A DNA stretch of 42,980 nt from a virus (taxonomy: Duplodnaviria; Heunggongvirae; Uroviricota; Caudoviricetes): the IMG/VR virus record IMGVR_UViG_2923355181_000001; one strand, written 5' to 3'. Below are positions 25,558 through 35,483 of the stretch, in pieces (within the stretch, counting starts at the first letter, position 1; each line of letters opens with the position of its first letter). Below the pieces are notes generated by a model that was given only the letters and a program-made list of their open reading frames with translations, did not search any database and was not told where the DNA came from. Position numbers and translations under genes: made by a program.

Positions 25558-27128
25558 CTGCTCCGCAGCAGCTGCTCGGGCCTGACGGTAAAACGCCACT
25601 ACGCCGTTACGCGGGGTATAACGGCGGCGGTCCCGGTTTCGGTGGCCAGCTGATTGACTGGAACGCACCACAGCAGAGCGCCGACGCAGCACTGTTGCCG
25701 AATTTTTATCGCGGTAACGCGCGAGCAGACGATCTCGTTCGCAATAACGGCGTCGCGTCGAACGCCGTGCAGCTGCACCAGGATCATATCGTCGGCAATC
25801 TGTTTAAGTTGAGTTATCGCCCTAACTGGCGTTACCTCGGCATATCTCGCGAGGACGCCAGGGCGCTGGCGCGTGACGTCGAGGTAGCGTGGACTGAATA
25901 CGCCGAGGACCCTCACTGCACGATTGATATCGAGCGGAAACGGACGTTCACAATGATGATCCGCGAGGGCGTGGCTACTCACGCTTTCAACGGTGAAACC
26001 TGCGTACAACCAGTCTGGGAGAGTAGTGCCGGCAGCGTTTTTCGGACGCGATTCAAAATGGTCTCACCGAAACGGATTCGAAATCCGGGTTACGCAGCTG
26101 ACACTCAATTTCGCCGCGCCGGTGTTGATATCGATAAAAACGGGGCCGCGGTCGGGTACTGGATAGCCGAGGATACTTACCCTCTCGGCGGAGTCGGTAA
26201 ATGCCGGCGTATCCCAGCACAGCTCAGCAGCGGCAGACACGCATTCATCCACATATTCGAGCCGCTCGAGGACGGACAGACCCGCGGGGACAATATTTTT
26301 TACAGCGTCATGGAGCGCCTGAAAATGCTCGACACACTGCAGCAAACACAACTGCAGAGCGCCATTGTGAAGGCGATGTATGCCGCGACAATCGAATCAG
26401 AGCTCGACAGCCAGCAGGCGTTTGAATATATCGCCGGCGCGGGTACTGATATCGACTCGAACCCGCTGAATTCGTTTATTCAGAGTTACGTGACGTACTA
26501 CAACGGCGCAAATATCAAGCTCGGTGGTGTGAAAGTTCCCCACCTGCATCCCGGCGACAAACTCAGTTTACAGACCGCTCAGAATGCTGATGCTGGTTTT
26601 AGTTCACTGGAAAAATCACTCCTGCGTTACGTTGCAGCTGGCGTTGGCGCGTCATACGAAGAACTTAGCCGGGACTACAGCCAGGTCAGTTACTCCAGCG
26701 CCCGGGCCAGTGCTAACGTCAGCTGGCGATTTTTCATGGGGCGTCGACGTTTTATCGCCGCGCGACAGGCGTCGCTGATGTTCTGCTGCTGGTTTGAAGA
26801 GGCGCTGGCACGCGGAATTATCACCCTGCCACGCTCAGCTGTCCGGTCGTTTTATGAGGCGCGGAACTCCTGGACGAACGCGCTCTGGATCGGCGCTGGT
26901 CGCATGGCGATTGATGGGCTGAAAGAGGTTCAGGAGAGCGCCATGCGCATCACAACTGGCCTCAGCACGTATCAGAACGAACTGGCGCTGCAGGGACAGG
27001 ATTACGAGGAGGTTATGGAGCAGCAGGAATACGAAATTCAGCGCCGGCGTGAAATGGGGCTGAGCGAACCGTCATGGTCTGTATCTCACCCCTCAAATAC
27101 CAACGATAACGGCTGGGGAGGTAACTGA
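25554..27128 (+). CDS. portal protein, lambda gpB-like
   Basis: 524 aa; LLGPDGKTPLRRYAGYNGGGPGFGGQL, KRTFTMMIREGVA, QLQSAIVKAMYAATIESELD closely resemble lambda B. Confidence 0.92.
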   Translation: MTAPQQLLGPDGKTPLRRYAGYNGGGPGFGGQLIDWNAPQQSADAALLPNFYRGNARADDLVRNNGVASNAVQLHQDHIVGNLFKLSYRPNWRYLGISREDARALARDVEVAWTEYAEDPHCTIDIERKRTFTMMIREGVATHAFNGETCVQPVWESSAGSVFRTRFKMVSPKRIRNPGYAADTQFRRAGVDIDKNGAAVGYWIAEDTYPLGGVGKCRRIPAQLSSGRHAFIHIFEPLEDGQTRGDNIFYSVMERLKMLDTLQQTQLQSAIVKAMYAATIESELDSQQAFEYIAGAGTDIDSNPLNSFIQSYVTYYNGANIKLGGVKVPHLHPGDKLSLQTAQNADAGFSSLEKSLLRYVAAGVGASYEELSRDYSQVSYSSARASANVSWRFFMGRRRFIAARQASLMFCCWFEEALARGIITLPRSAVRSFYEARNSWTNALWIGAGRMAIDGLKEVQESAMRITTGLSTYQNELALQGQDYEEVMEQQEYEIQRRREMGLSEPSWSVSHPSNTNDNGWGGN

Positions 27129-28435
27129 TGCCGTGGAACAATTTTCCGCACCTCGCCGCCAGGGCGTTCAATCAACCGCTTTTGCTGGAGCCCACCTACG
27201 CGCGGGTATTTTTTTCGGCGCTGAGCGACCGGTTCGGTACCGGGCGACTGATTGATACAGCGTCTGGAGAGGTAATGAACAGCGACGAAATGAACGCGCT
27301 CGCGATGGGGTGGGACAGCAGCGAGCGAACACGCCAGAAATCGTATCGCGTGGAGCGTGGTATAGCCGTTCTGCCGGTTACCGGGACGCTGGTTCATAAA
27401 TTGGGTTATATCAACCCAGTTAGCGGGATGAGCGGTTACAACGGAATCGCAAAACGCCTGCAGCAGGCGATTTCTGATCCCGATGTAAGAGGGGTCCTGC
27501 TTGATATTGACTCCCCTGGCGGTGAAGTCGCCGGCGCGTTTGATACTGCTGATTTAATCGCCCGGGCGCGAGAGCAAAAACCTGTGTGGGCGCTGGCCAG
27601 CGATACGGCCTGCAGCGCTGCCTATTTGCTGGCGTCAGCGTGTTCGCGCCGGCTGATAACGCAGACAGGCACAGTTGGTTCAATCGGTGTCCTGATGGCT
27701 CACCGCTGCGTCGAAAAAGCGCTGGAGATTGCTGGCGTCGACGTGACGCTGATTTACGCCGGCGCGCACAAAGTTGACGGGAACCCGTATTCCCAGCTGC
27801 CAGGCGACGTTCGCGACGAATTCCAGCTGAGTATTAACAGCACGCGCGAGCAGTTCGCGCAAAAAGTCTCGGATTATACCGGGCTGAAAAAATCCAGGGT
27901 GCTGGCCACGGAAGCTGCAGTATTTATCGGCGCGGACGCGATTAAATCTGGTCTCGCTGATCAACTCGTTAATTACGCGGACGCTATCGCAGTGATGGCC
28001 GACGCACTGAAACCAAAAATGGAGCGCTTTATGTCTGGTACAGAAACCACGGCGGAGACCACGACCACAGAACAAACCGCGACCACGACTACTGTCGCGC
28101 AGGTTGAGTTTAACACGGAGCAGATTCGCGCGGACGCCGCATCAAGCGAACTGGCGCGTGTGATGGCCATCATCAATTGTCCCGAAGCTGTTGGGCGCGA
28201 GGCGCAGGCAAAAGCGCTCGCTGGCGTCCCCGGGATGACGGTCGGGCAGGCGCAGGTAGTCCTCGCTGCAGCACCTAAAACGGCGCAGGCGCGGACAGAA
28301 ACGGCGCTCGATACACTAATGAGCACTGAATCACCAGCGACTATTCAGGATGCTGGCAGTACTACGGCAACAGGAACAACCGCAAACGTCTCGATGCTGG
28401 TTGCTGCAGGGCGTTCAATTTTAGGGGATGAATAA
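27128..28435 (+). CDS. head maturation protease / scaffold, lambda gpC-like (S49 peptidase)
   Basis: 435 aa; GIAVLPVTGTLV, VLLDIDSPGGEVAGAFD, KPVWALASD resemble lambda C. Confidence 0.9.
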   Translation: MPWNNFPHLAARAFNQPLLLEPTYARVFFSALSDRFGTGRLIDTASGEVMNSDEMNALAMGWDSSERTRQKSYRVERGIAVLPVTGTLVHKLGYINPVSGMSGYNGIAKRLQQAISDPDVRGVLLDIDSPGGEVAGAFDTADLIARAREQKPVWALASDTACSAAYLLASACSRRLITQTGTVGSIGVLMAHRCVEKALEIAGVDVTLIYAGAHKVDGNPYSQLPGDVRDEFQLSINSTREQFAQKVSDYTGLKKSRVLATEAAVFIGADAIKSGLADQLVNYADAIAVMADALKPKMERFMSGTETTAETTTTEQTATTTTVAQVEFNTEQIRADAASSELARVMAIINCPEAVGREAQAKALAGVPGMTVGQAQVVLAAAPKTAQARTETALDTLMSTESPATIQDAGSTTATGTTANVSMLVAAGRSILGDE

Positions 28436-28764
28436 TGACTACAGAAACGTATAGCCCGGACGATTTTATTCTTGGGCCTGACCTTGTTGTCACGACCGTC
28501 GGTCATTTTCAGGGCGGGATCAACGTACCCCGGCTGACACCGATTATGCTCGACGCTACTGTCGGGACGTTTAAGGTTTGGGACGGCTCAGTCGGTAAAG
28601 CTATTGGCCTCACTGCCACCGCAGTTAATACTGGCTCCAGTTCTGCAGACTGCTCGTACTATAAATCAGGCTCGTTCCGTTACACGGCGATTAACTGGGG
28701 TACGGTTACCGACGTAGCTAAACGCAAATCAGCATTTGCGGGTACGCCGATCAGCGTCGGCTGA
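28435..28764 (+). CDS. head decoration protein, lambda gpD-like
   Basis: 109 aa; YYKSGSFRYTAINW and KRKSAFAGTPISVG resemble lambda D. Confidence 0.8.
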   Translation: MTTETYSPDDFILGPDLVVTTVGHFQGGINVPRLTPIMLDATVGTFKVWDGSVGKAIGLTATAVNTGSSSADCSYYKSGSFRYTAINWGTVTDVAKRKSAFAGTPISVG

Positions 28765-28783
28765 TAGCAAAAAACTCAAAACA

Positions 28784-28808
28784 AGCCGCCTCCGGGCGGT
28801 TTTTTTAT
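28784..28808 (+). terminator. Rho-independent terminator or attenuator before capsid gene
   Basis: CCGCC-tccg-GGCGG hairpin followed by T7. Confidence 0.6.
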
Positions 28809-28822
28809 AACAGGATATATAA

Positions 28823-29857
28823 ATGAGCGATTCGTTTACTACGTCAGAACTGATTACCGCGACACAGCAGGTATTTAAGTTCAATCCGTTGTTTTTAAAG
28901 CTGTTTTTCCGTGAGACCTACACGTTTACGAGCGAAGAGGTTTTTCTGGATAAAATCCCGGGAAAAGTGAACATGGCCGTGTACTGCGCGCCGATGATCA
29001 CCGGCAAAGTTGACCGCACTCGCGGCTATTCAACGAACCATTTCAAACCGGGTTACACGAAACCCAAGCACACGATCAATCCGAATATGAGCATCAAGCG
29101 CGCAGCCGGTGAGCAGATTGGCCAGCCGGAAACGCCGGTCGAACGTCGTGCAAAAATCATCATGCAGAACCTGCTTGATGAGGAACTGAGCATCAGCCAG
29201 CTCGAAGAGTTCCAGGCGGTACAGGCTGTTCTGTACGGTAAATACACTGTTTCCGGCAGCAATATCGAGACCTATGAGATCGACATGAGCCGCAGCGCGA
29301 CGAATAACGTCACTCAGTCCGGTTCGACAGCCTGGTCGACTCAGGACGCGGAAACGTATGACCCGAGCGACGATATTGAATCCTACGCGGACCTCGCCTC
29401 CGGTGCGGTTAACGTGATCATCATGGATGGTAAAGCCTGGAAGCAGTTGAAGCGTTTTAAAAAATTCTGGACGGCACTGGATACGCGCCGTGGCTCAAAC
29501 AGCCAGCTCGAGGTCGCGCTGAAAAACCTGGGCGACGTTGTCAGCTTTAAAGGCTACTACGGCGACACTGCGCTGTTTGTCTACAAAGGGCAATACCTCG
29601 ACCCGGTAACAGACACTGAAACGCGTTATATGCCGGATAACACGATGATCCTTGGCAACACAAAAAACCGCGGGCTCCGCACTTATGGCGCAATTCAGGA
29701 CGAAGACGCGCTGAAAGAGGGTATTTCCGAAGCGACGCGCTATCCAAAAGTCTGGACCACTACCGGTGATCCGGCAGTGACGCAAACAATGACGCAATCC
29801 GCGCCAGCAATGGTCCTCACGGACGCCGACGCGTTCGTTGTCGTAAAAATCGCGTAA
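28823..29857 (+). CDS. major capsid protein, lambda gpE-like
   Basis: 344 aa; FKFNPLFLKLFFRETYTFT, DTRRGSNSQLE, LPDNTMILGNTKNRGLRTYG, VWTTTGDPA closely resemble lambda E. Confidence 0.93.
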   Translation: MSDSFTTSELITATQQVFKFNPLFLKLFFRETYTFTSEEVFLDKIPGKVNMAVYCAPMITGKVDRTRGYSTNHFKPGYTKPKHTINPNMSIKRAAGEQIGQPETPVERRAKIIMQNLLDEELSISQLEEFQAVQAVLYGKYTVSGSNIETYEIDMSRSATNNVTQSGSTAWSTQDAETYDPSDDIESYADLASGAVNVIIMDGKAWKQLKRFKKFWTALDTRRGSNSQLEVALKNLGDVVSFKGYYGDTALFVYKGQYLDPVTDTETRYMPDNTMILGNTKNRGLRTYGAIQDEDALKEGISEATRYPKVWTTTGDPAVTQTMTQSAPAMVLTDADAFVVVKIA

Positions 29858-29891
29858 GAGTCGAAAGGCTCTTTTTTGTTAAGGAATCAAC

Positions 29892-30311
29892 ATGAGCACA
29901 AAAACAGAATTGCTGGCGCGTATTGACGATCTGAGCGCTCAGCTCGGTCGCGAATTACCGCGCAGCGGGACTATTGCGGAACTGGAATCAATCGTTGCCG
30001 GCGCTGAGTCAGAGCTCGATATTCTGAACGAGCAATCCGGTGACGCGGGAGGCATCGAGATTACAGTGAATACTGCGTCCGGGACCGATAATGAACTCGC
30101 TCAATCAATCGCGAGCGCTATCGTTTCACAGTCACAAGAGCAGGAGCTCGCACCGGCTACGCGCCGCGTCAAGTTGCGTAACACGCTGGACGTTTATCAC
30201 TACGTGAACGGGCGTCGCGTTCGCGAGATTGTTGCCGCAGGCCGTGAAATTGTTGTTGATTCACCGGAGGTCGCAGACCTTATCGCAGCTGATCACGTTT
30301 ACGCTCTATGA
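29892..30311 (+). CDS. DNA-packaging protein, lambda FI-like
   Basis: 139 aa; N-terminus MSTKTELLARIDDLSAQLGRELPRSGTIAELE resembles lambda FI. Confidence 0.65.
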   Translation: MSTKTELLARIDDLSAQLGRELPRSGTIAELESIVAGAESELDILNEQSGDAGGIEITVNTASGTDNELAQSIASAIVSQSQEQELAPATRRVKLRNTLDVYHYVNGRRVREIVAAGREIVVDSPEVADLIAADHVYAL

Positions 30312-30688
30312 GCTACTACGATGACCTCCGGGCCGGCGACGAGGAGATGATCCGTGAGTGGGGACGGCCCGTTAAATTACGCGGTAAAACCGACCCCATT
30401 ATCGCTATTTTCAACGAGCCTTACGCGCGCGTTGACGTTCCTCACGCTGGTTTTATTACCGGTACAGTAACGAGCCTGACGGCGCTCTCGGACGACGTCG
30501 CTGGCGTTGTTGCGCGTGACGTCGTCCAGGTTCCAAAGCAGCGCAGCATCGAACCTGACGGCTCTGTTACCTGGTCTGGCTGGACCGATTACGTGGTTAA
30601 AGAGCCTCAACCTGATGGCACAGGGCTCACGAATATTTTTTTAGAGCCTCACACGTCCAGCGAAAACAGCGAGTATTCAAAATACTAA
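30308..30688 (+). CDS. head completion / head-tail joining protein (FII position)
   Basis: 126-aa ORF coupled to FI-like gene; positional. Confidence 0.45.
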   Translation: MSYYDDLRAGDEEMIREWGRPVKLRGKTDPIIAIFNEPYARVDVPHAGFITGTVTSLTALSDDVAGVVARDVVQVPKQRSIEPDGSVTWSGWTDYVVKEPQPDGTGLTNIFLEPHTSSENSEYSKY

Positions 30689-30719
30689 GTGGGACCTCGG
30701 TCCCACTTAAGGGGGAACC

Positions 30720-31400
30720 GTGGCCGATTTACGTAGTAACGCGCAGATGTTCGATATCGATGTTTCGGCGCTGGAGCAGCTCAGAGTCGAAATCAGCGCG
30801 ACGCAACATCAAATGTTAATGGTATACAACAGGGCGCTGAACCGAACTGCAAAACATATGCACCGAATTTCAGCAGGAATGATTTTGACTGCACTGGCAG
30901 CTAAAAATCATAAGGCCGTAGATAAACGAATCAAGCCGTTCATTAAGCGCCGTAATTTTACAAAAGAAGGGGCAGGAGACCTGAGCAGCGCCAAGCTCTG
31001 GTACGGTCTGAATGATTTCCGGGTATCTGAGCTAAAGGGGCGATTACAAAATCCACGGAGGCAAAAACAGCCTCGCGATCTTGAGACCGGCCTGTTTTTG
31101 AAAACCAAAAAAGGCGCTAGAGGGGCAACTTTTACACCCAAAAGTGCAGGGCTGGCGATGATGAGTTGGCCCGATTCATTCGTAGCGAAACGCTACGGTG
31201 CGAAAAGTGTCTGGATTCGACTGGATCGCGGAGGAATCGAAGAGGCTCGCGTACCTGTGCACGACGCGCTGGAGGATGCTATCGATGATTATATTTTTGA
31301 AAACATTGGCCCTGTTTTTATGGGCTTTTTTGAGAAAGATTTGCGCGGTCGCGTGAAAGGTAATGTCCACGTAGACCCAAAAACAGGTAAACGATTATGA
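30720..31400 (+). CDS. hypothetical virion protein (possible tail completion)
   Basis: 226-aa ORF, GTG start with AGGGGGA RBS; between head and baseplate genes. Confidence 0.4.
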   Translation: MADLRSNAQMFDIDVSALEQLRVEISATQHQMLMVYNRALNRTAKHMHRISAGMILTALAAKNHKAVDKRIKPFIKRRNFTKEGAGDLSSAKLWYGLNDFRVSELKGRLQNPRRQKQPRDLETGLFLKTKKGARGATFTPKSAGLAMMSWPDSFVAKRYGAKSVWIRLDRGGIEEARVPVHDALEDAIDDYIFENIGPVFMGFFEKDLRGRVKGNVHVDPKTGKRL

Positions 31401-31933
31401 GCGGACTGGATGCATTTGACGAATATCTTGATCGCGTTAAAGGCGCGGTTTTACAAATACCGTTCATCAAAACATTCGGAATTTATCCGGAAATTCCGGC
31501 TGGATTTGAAACGCCAGCTCTGTTCCTGGAAATCAGCAACTGGTCACAGAGTGACGAATCGGTTCCAGGCTCAATTCAGTCAGTCGAGCTGTCGTGTAAT
31601 TTGTATTTGCTGCGTGAATTTGCAGCTGATCAGTACGGACTGAAATCGCAGAATGCAGCGCTCTATATGACGAGCTGGATCAATGGGCGAATGTTCGGTC
31701 CCGGAACTAAACCGGCAAAATTCAGCGACGCGGAACCGTGCGACTGGATTAAAAACGGGCAGTCAGTCGGTTCGCATTCAGTTCAGTGCGTGTCGTTCAC
31801 GCAGGTTGTAGGCGTTGGTCCAGATATTTTCGATTATCCCTCACAGGGGACCCTGAAAAATATATACGTCGGAATAGCACCAGATATCGGCGCAGAACAT
31901 GAGGGCGACTATTATGGCCCAATCGGACGATGA
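31397..31933 (+). CDS. hypothetical virion protein (possible tail completion)
   Basis: 178-aa ORF, ATGA coupling. Confidence 0.4.
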   Translation: MSGLDAFDEYLDRVKGAVLQIPFIKTFGIYPEIPAGFETPALFLEISNWSQSDESVPGSIQSVELSCNLYLLREFAADQYGLKSQNAALYMTSWINGRMFGPGTKPAKFSDAEPCDWIKNGQSVGSHSVQCVSFTQVVGVGPDIFDYPSQGTLKNIYVGIAPDIGAEHEGDYYGPIGR

Positions 31934-32513
31934 ATATGCTGCAGCGGAGAACGCGCGCAGGCTGCGTGACGCAGTTAAACGCGGCACGATAGCTGCAGTT
32001 AAAATGAATCCTCCACGCTGCCGAGTCTCATTTGGTGGCGAACACCAGTCAGGCTGGCTGCAGTGGTTTACTCACGCCACCTCAGAACGCGTCGACTGGA
32101 GCGCACCATCAGTGGGCGATCCCGTTACTGTTGTTTCTGAGGGTGGGGATACGCGGAACGGTGTAGTTATGCTCGGGCTGCACATTGACGACAAAGCTCC
32201 GCCAAGCAATGACCCCCATGATCATGTCACTGCATACTGTGACGGGGCTACGATGACGTATAACACAAAAAATCACACTCTGACATGGCAGGGCGTACCG
32301 GACGGCGTGGTAAAAATACTCGGTGAGTCTGAAATAGAAATATTTGGACGCGCAGATGTTACTATTAATAGCGAAAATGTAGTTAATATCCATGGTGGGA
32401 AATTAATTAACGCAGACGCTGATATTATTAATGTCACAGCGACAGATACAATTAACGCACATGCTGATTTAGTGAACGTTATAGCAACGAGTTCTGTTAG
32501 TGTTACTGCTGCG
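31914..32513 (+). pseudogene. baseplate spike/assembly protein gpV-like, 5' part (interrupted by IS1)
   Basis: PPRCRVSFGGEHQSGWLQWFTHA resembles P2 gpV RCRVQTGG...WLQWLTH; reading frame runs into the IS1 left end and terminates inside it. Confidence 0.8.
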
Positions 32514-32568
32514 GGTGATGCTGCCAACTTACTGATTTAGTGTATGATGGTGTTTTTGAGGTGCTCCA

Positions 32569-32844
32569 GTGGCTTCTGTTTCTATCAGCTGTCCCTCCTG
32601 TTCAGCTACTGACGGGGTGGTGCGTAACGGCAAAAGCACCGCCGGACATCAGCGCTATCTCTGCTCTCACTGCCGTAAAACATGGCAACTGCAGTTCACT
32701 TACACCGCTTCTCAACCCGGTACGCACCAGAAAATCATTGATATGGCCATGAATGGCGTTGGATGCCGGGCAACCGCCCGCATTATGGGCGTTGGCCTCA
32801 ACACGATTTTCCGCCATTTAAAAAACTCAGGCCGCAGTCGGTAA
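32569..32844 (+). CDS. insA: IS1 InsA
   Basis: [43 protein letters not shown] matches IS1 InsA as I remember it. Confidence 0.93.
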   Translation: MASVSISCPSCSATDGVVRNGKSTAGHQRYLCSHCRKTWQLQFTYTASQPGTHQKIIDMAMNGVGCRATARIMGVGLNTIFRHLKNSGRSR

Positions 32845-33266
32845 CCTCGCGCATACAGCCGGGCAGTGACGTCATCGTCTGCGCGGAAATGGACGAACAG
32901 TGGGGATACGTCGGGGCTAAATCGCGCCAGCGCTGGCTGTTTTACGCGTATGACAGGCTCCGGAAGACGGTTGTTGCGCACGTATTCGGTGAACGCACTC
33001 TGGCCACACTGGAGCGTCTTCTAAGCCTGCTGTCGGCCTTTGAGGTCGTGGTATGGATGACGGATGGCTGGCCGCTGTATGAATCCCGCCTGAAGGGAAA
33101 GCTGCACGTAATCAGCAAGCGTTACACTCAGCGAATTGAGCGGCATAACCTGAATCTGAGACAACATCTGGCAAGGCTGGGACGGAAGTCACTGTCGTTC
33201 TCAAAATCGGTGGAGCTGCATGACAAGGTCATCGGGCATTATCTGAACATAAAACACTATCAGTAA
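32763..33266 (+). CDS. insB: IS1 InsB (transposase C-part, expressed as InsAB' by -1 frameshift)
   Basis: Matches IS1 InsB (…[54 protein letters not shown]...). Confidence 0.9.
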   Translation: MPGNRPHYGRWPQHDFPPFKKLRPQSVTSRIQPGSDVIVCAEMDEQWGYVGAKSRQRWLFYAYDRLRKTVVAHVFGERTLATLERLLSLLSAFEVVVWMTDGWPLYESRLKGKLHVISKRYTQRIERHNLNLRQHLARLGRKSLSFSKSVELHDKVIGHYLNIKHYQ

Positions 33267-33290
33267 GTTGGAGTCATTACCACTGCTGCG

Positions 33291-33593
33291 AACAGAATAT
33301 CGCTGACAGCTCAAACAATCAGCGCGTGGGCTCCGGGTGGTATAACACTAGCTGGTCCAACGCATATTACCGAGACATTAGTAGTAGATAAATTAGCGAC
33401 ATTCCGTAACGATATTTCTGTCACTGGAGATAACGGTGGAACAGGTAATATCACAACTCGCGGTAGTGTGTTAGCAGGGCAAGAGGTGCAGGACCGACAA
33501 GGCACAATAACTGAAGTCCGCACAACGTATAACGGACACACTCATATATGTCCGGACGGGGAAACTCAACAACCGAACCAACCAATGGCGTAA
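33291..33593 (+). pseudogene. gpV-like baseplate protein, 3' part
   Basis: Continues in frame from the 5' part once IS1 and one TSD copy are removed; C-terminal YNGHTHICPDGETQQP resembles P2 gpV LHTHKHPGDSGGTTGSP. Confidence 0.8.
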
Positions 33594-33595
33594 AG

Positions 33596-33937
33596 ATGCT
33601 TGGAATGGACCGTAACACCGGTAAACTTTTATCGGGGACTGATCACATTCGTCAGTCTATCGTTGATATTTTAACGACCCCGCTGGGGACGCGTGTAATG
33701 CTGCCGGAATATGGCAGCAAATTATTTGATCTTGTTGATAATCCCACAGATCCGTCGCTTGCTATGCGAATAATCATGGAAAGCGCTGGCGCAATAGCAC
33801 GATGGGAACCACGCGTCAGAATTGACAGAATAAATGTGTTAGCAGTGGATATCGGGAAAATAACAATATTAATTATCGCAACAGATATCGAAACACAACA
33901 GCGATTAGAGTTTAATAATATGGAGCTGATATTTTGA
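33596..33937 (+). CDS. baseplate protein gpW-like
   Basis: MLGMDRNTGKLLSGTDHIRQSIVDILTTPLGTRVMLPEYGS resembles P2 W; ATG 33596 (track ORF 33548 extends over the V tail). Confidence 0.85.
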   Translation: MLGMDRNTGKLLSGTDHIRQSIVDILTTPLGTRVMLPEYGSKLFDLVDNPTDPSLAMRIIMESAGAIARWEPRVRIDRINVLAVDIGKITILIIATDIETQQRLEFNNMELIF

Positions 33938-33978
33938 TAACATCAACAGTTCAGAATTCGATAGTGAAAACTATTGAT

Positions 33979-34854
33979 ATGAGTCTGCTGCCGCCGCCAG
34001 CATTCGTTAAAACCCCGTTATTTTCAGATGTTAAATCTAATCTACTGTCAGAGCTGCAGATATTATATCCACAATTTAACGCACTCCTGGAGTCAGACCC
34101 GGCCGTTAAACTGCTGGAAATAGTTGCATACAGAGAAATCATTATTACAGCTCGGGTAAATCAGGGGATGCTCGCTGTATTGCTCGCGTTTGCAAAGGGG
34201 AGTGACCTCGACCAGATTGGCGCTAATTTTGACTGCCTGCGGCTGTTGATAACGCCAGCTAATCCCGATGTAATTCCCCCGACTGAGGCTGTTTACGAGA
34301 GTGACGACGAGTATCGACACCGAATACAGCTATCATGGTATGCGCGGAATACTGCCGGCAGTACGAACGCCTATAACTATTTCGCGCTGTCGAGTGATCC
34401 CGACGTTCTGTCAGCTCAGGCGTACGGCCCGCCGGTGACCCAGCCTGGATACGTCGATATGTATGTCTTGTCGCGAACCGGCGACGGCACTCCGCCTCAA
34501 TCACTACTGAATACAGTGAATGCGGCCCTGTCTCCTGACGATACTCGACCGCTGACTGATTTCGTGACTGTAAAACCTGCGTCGAACCTGAATTACCGGG
34601 TTGAGGCCGTTATCGTAGCCGGGCTCGGACCCGACCAGAACGTTTTGCTTAACGGTGCTCAGAGCGATTTGGCGATATATGTGGATACGCAACATAAAAT
34701 CGGAGCGACGGCAGCTCTGTCAGGAATTTACGACGCGATACATCGTGACGGCACTGAACGTGTGATTCTGATATCGCCAACAGAGGATGTGATCGCTGGC
34801 GTCGGGCAGGCTCCGTACTGCACAGAAATCAAACTCAGCGTGCAAATGGGGTAG
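33979..34854 (+). CDS. baseplate protein gpJ-like
   Basis: PAVKLLEIVAYREII, IGANFDCLRLLITPA, RHRIQLSWYA, VTVKPAS resemble P2 J; track ORF starts TTG 33934. Confidence 0.88.
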   Translation: MSLLPPPAFVKTPLFSDVKSNLLSELQILYPQFNALLESDPAVKLLEIVAYREIIITARVNQGMLAVLLAFAKGSDLDQIGANFDCLRLLITPANPDVIPPTEAVYESDDEYRHRIQLSWYARNTAGSTNAYNYFALSSDPDVLSAQAYGPPVTQPGYVDMYVLSRTGDGTPPQSLLNTVNAALSPDDTRPLTDFVTVKPASNLNYRVEAVIVAGLGPDQNVLLNGAQSDLAIYVDTQHKIGATAALSGIYDAIHRDGTERVILISPTEDVIAGVGQAPYCTEIKLSVQMG

Positions 34855-34856
34855 CC

Positions 34857-35483
34857 ATGACAAGTCAAAGCGTACTGCCTCCGAACGCAATAACCCCTGA
34901 GAGGGCGCTTGAGGTTGTTTTATCTCACGTCGGCGATCTGCCTGGCGATATTCGAATTATTAAAAATCCCGATTTGTGCCCTGCAAATCTGTTGCCGTGG
35001 CTGGCGTGGGAGTACGCGGTCACCTACTGGAACCCCGACTGGAGTGAGCAGCAAAAACGCGAAATTATTAAAGCAGCTGCGTGGCAGAATAAGCACCGCG
35101 GAACGCGTGGAGCTGTTGAACGAGCGTTATTAACTGTTGGCTTTGAGAGCAAAATGAGAGAGTGGTTTGAAGCCACGCCCAGGGACGACCCGTATACATT
35201 CGCAATTAAAATATATCTGCTAAAAAGCATGGGGTTAGATTTAGAACTATTGAATACATTTATTGCACAAATATTTGATGCAAAAAATTGTCGTTCCTTA
35301 TTAAAAGAAATAAATTTCGAAACGGGTGTCGATGGTGAGTTTTTTATAGCCGGTACACCTTACGCGAAAATAGGCGTAAACGTCCCAGCAGACGGCGACG
35401 GCGGTGTAAAAATTAACGGCGGGCTATATATATCGGGCTCACCAATTGTTAGTTTAAATGTGGAGATAGGGCCAAATGGCTGA
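34857..35483 (+). CDS. baseplate/tail protein gpI-like
   Basis: LLPWLAWEYAVTYWNPDWSEQQKREIIKAAAWQNKHRGTRGAVERAL fits the P2 gpI family pattern. Confidence 0.8.
   Translation: MTSQSVLPPNAITPERALEVVLSHVGDLPGDIRIIKNPDLCPANLLPWLAWEYAVTYWNPDWSEQQKREIIKAAAWQNKHRGTRGAVERALLTVGFESKMREWFEATPRDDPYTFAIKIYLLKSMGLDLELLNTFIAQIFDAKNCRSLLKEINFETGVDGEFFIAGTPYAKIGVNVPADGDGGVKINGGLYISGSPIVSLNVEIGPNG

Larger units (their letters stand above)
32514..33281 (+). mobile_element. IS1 insertion sequence (768 bp) with 9-bp target site duplication ACTGCTGCG
   Basis: Ends GGTGATGCTGCCAACTTACTGAT...AAGTTGGAGTCATTACC; encodes InsA/InsB with A6C frameshift motif; identical 9-mers at 32505-32513 and 33282-33290. Confidence 0.95.
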
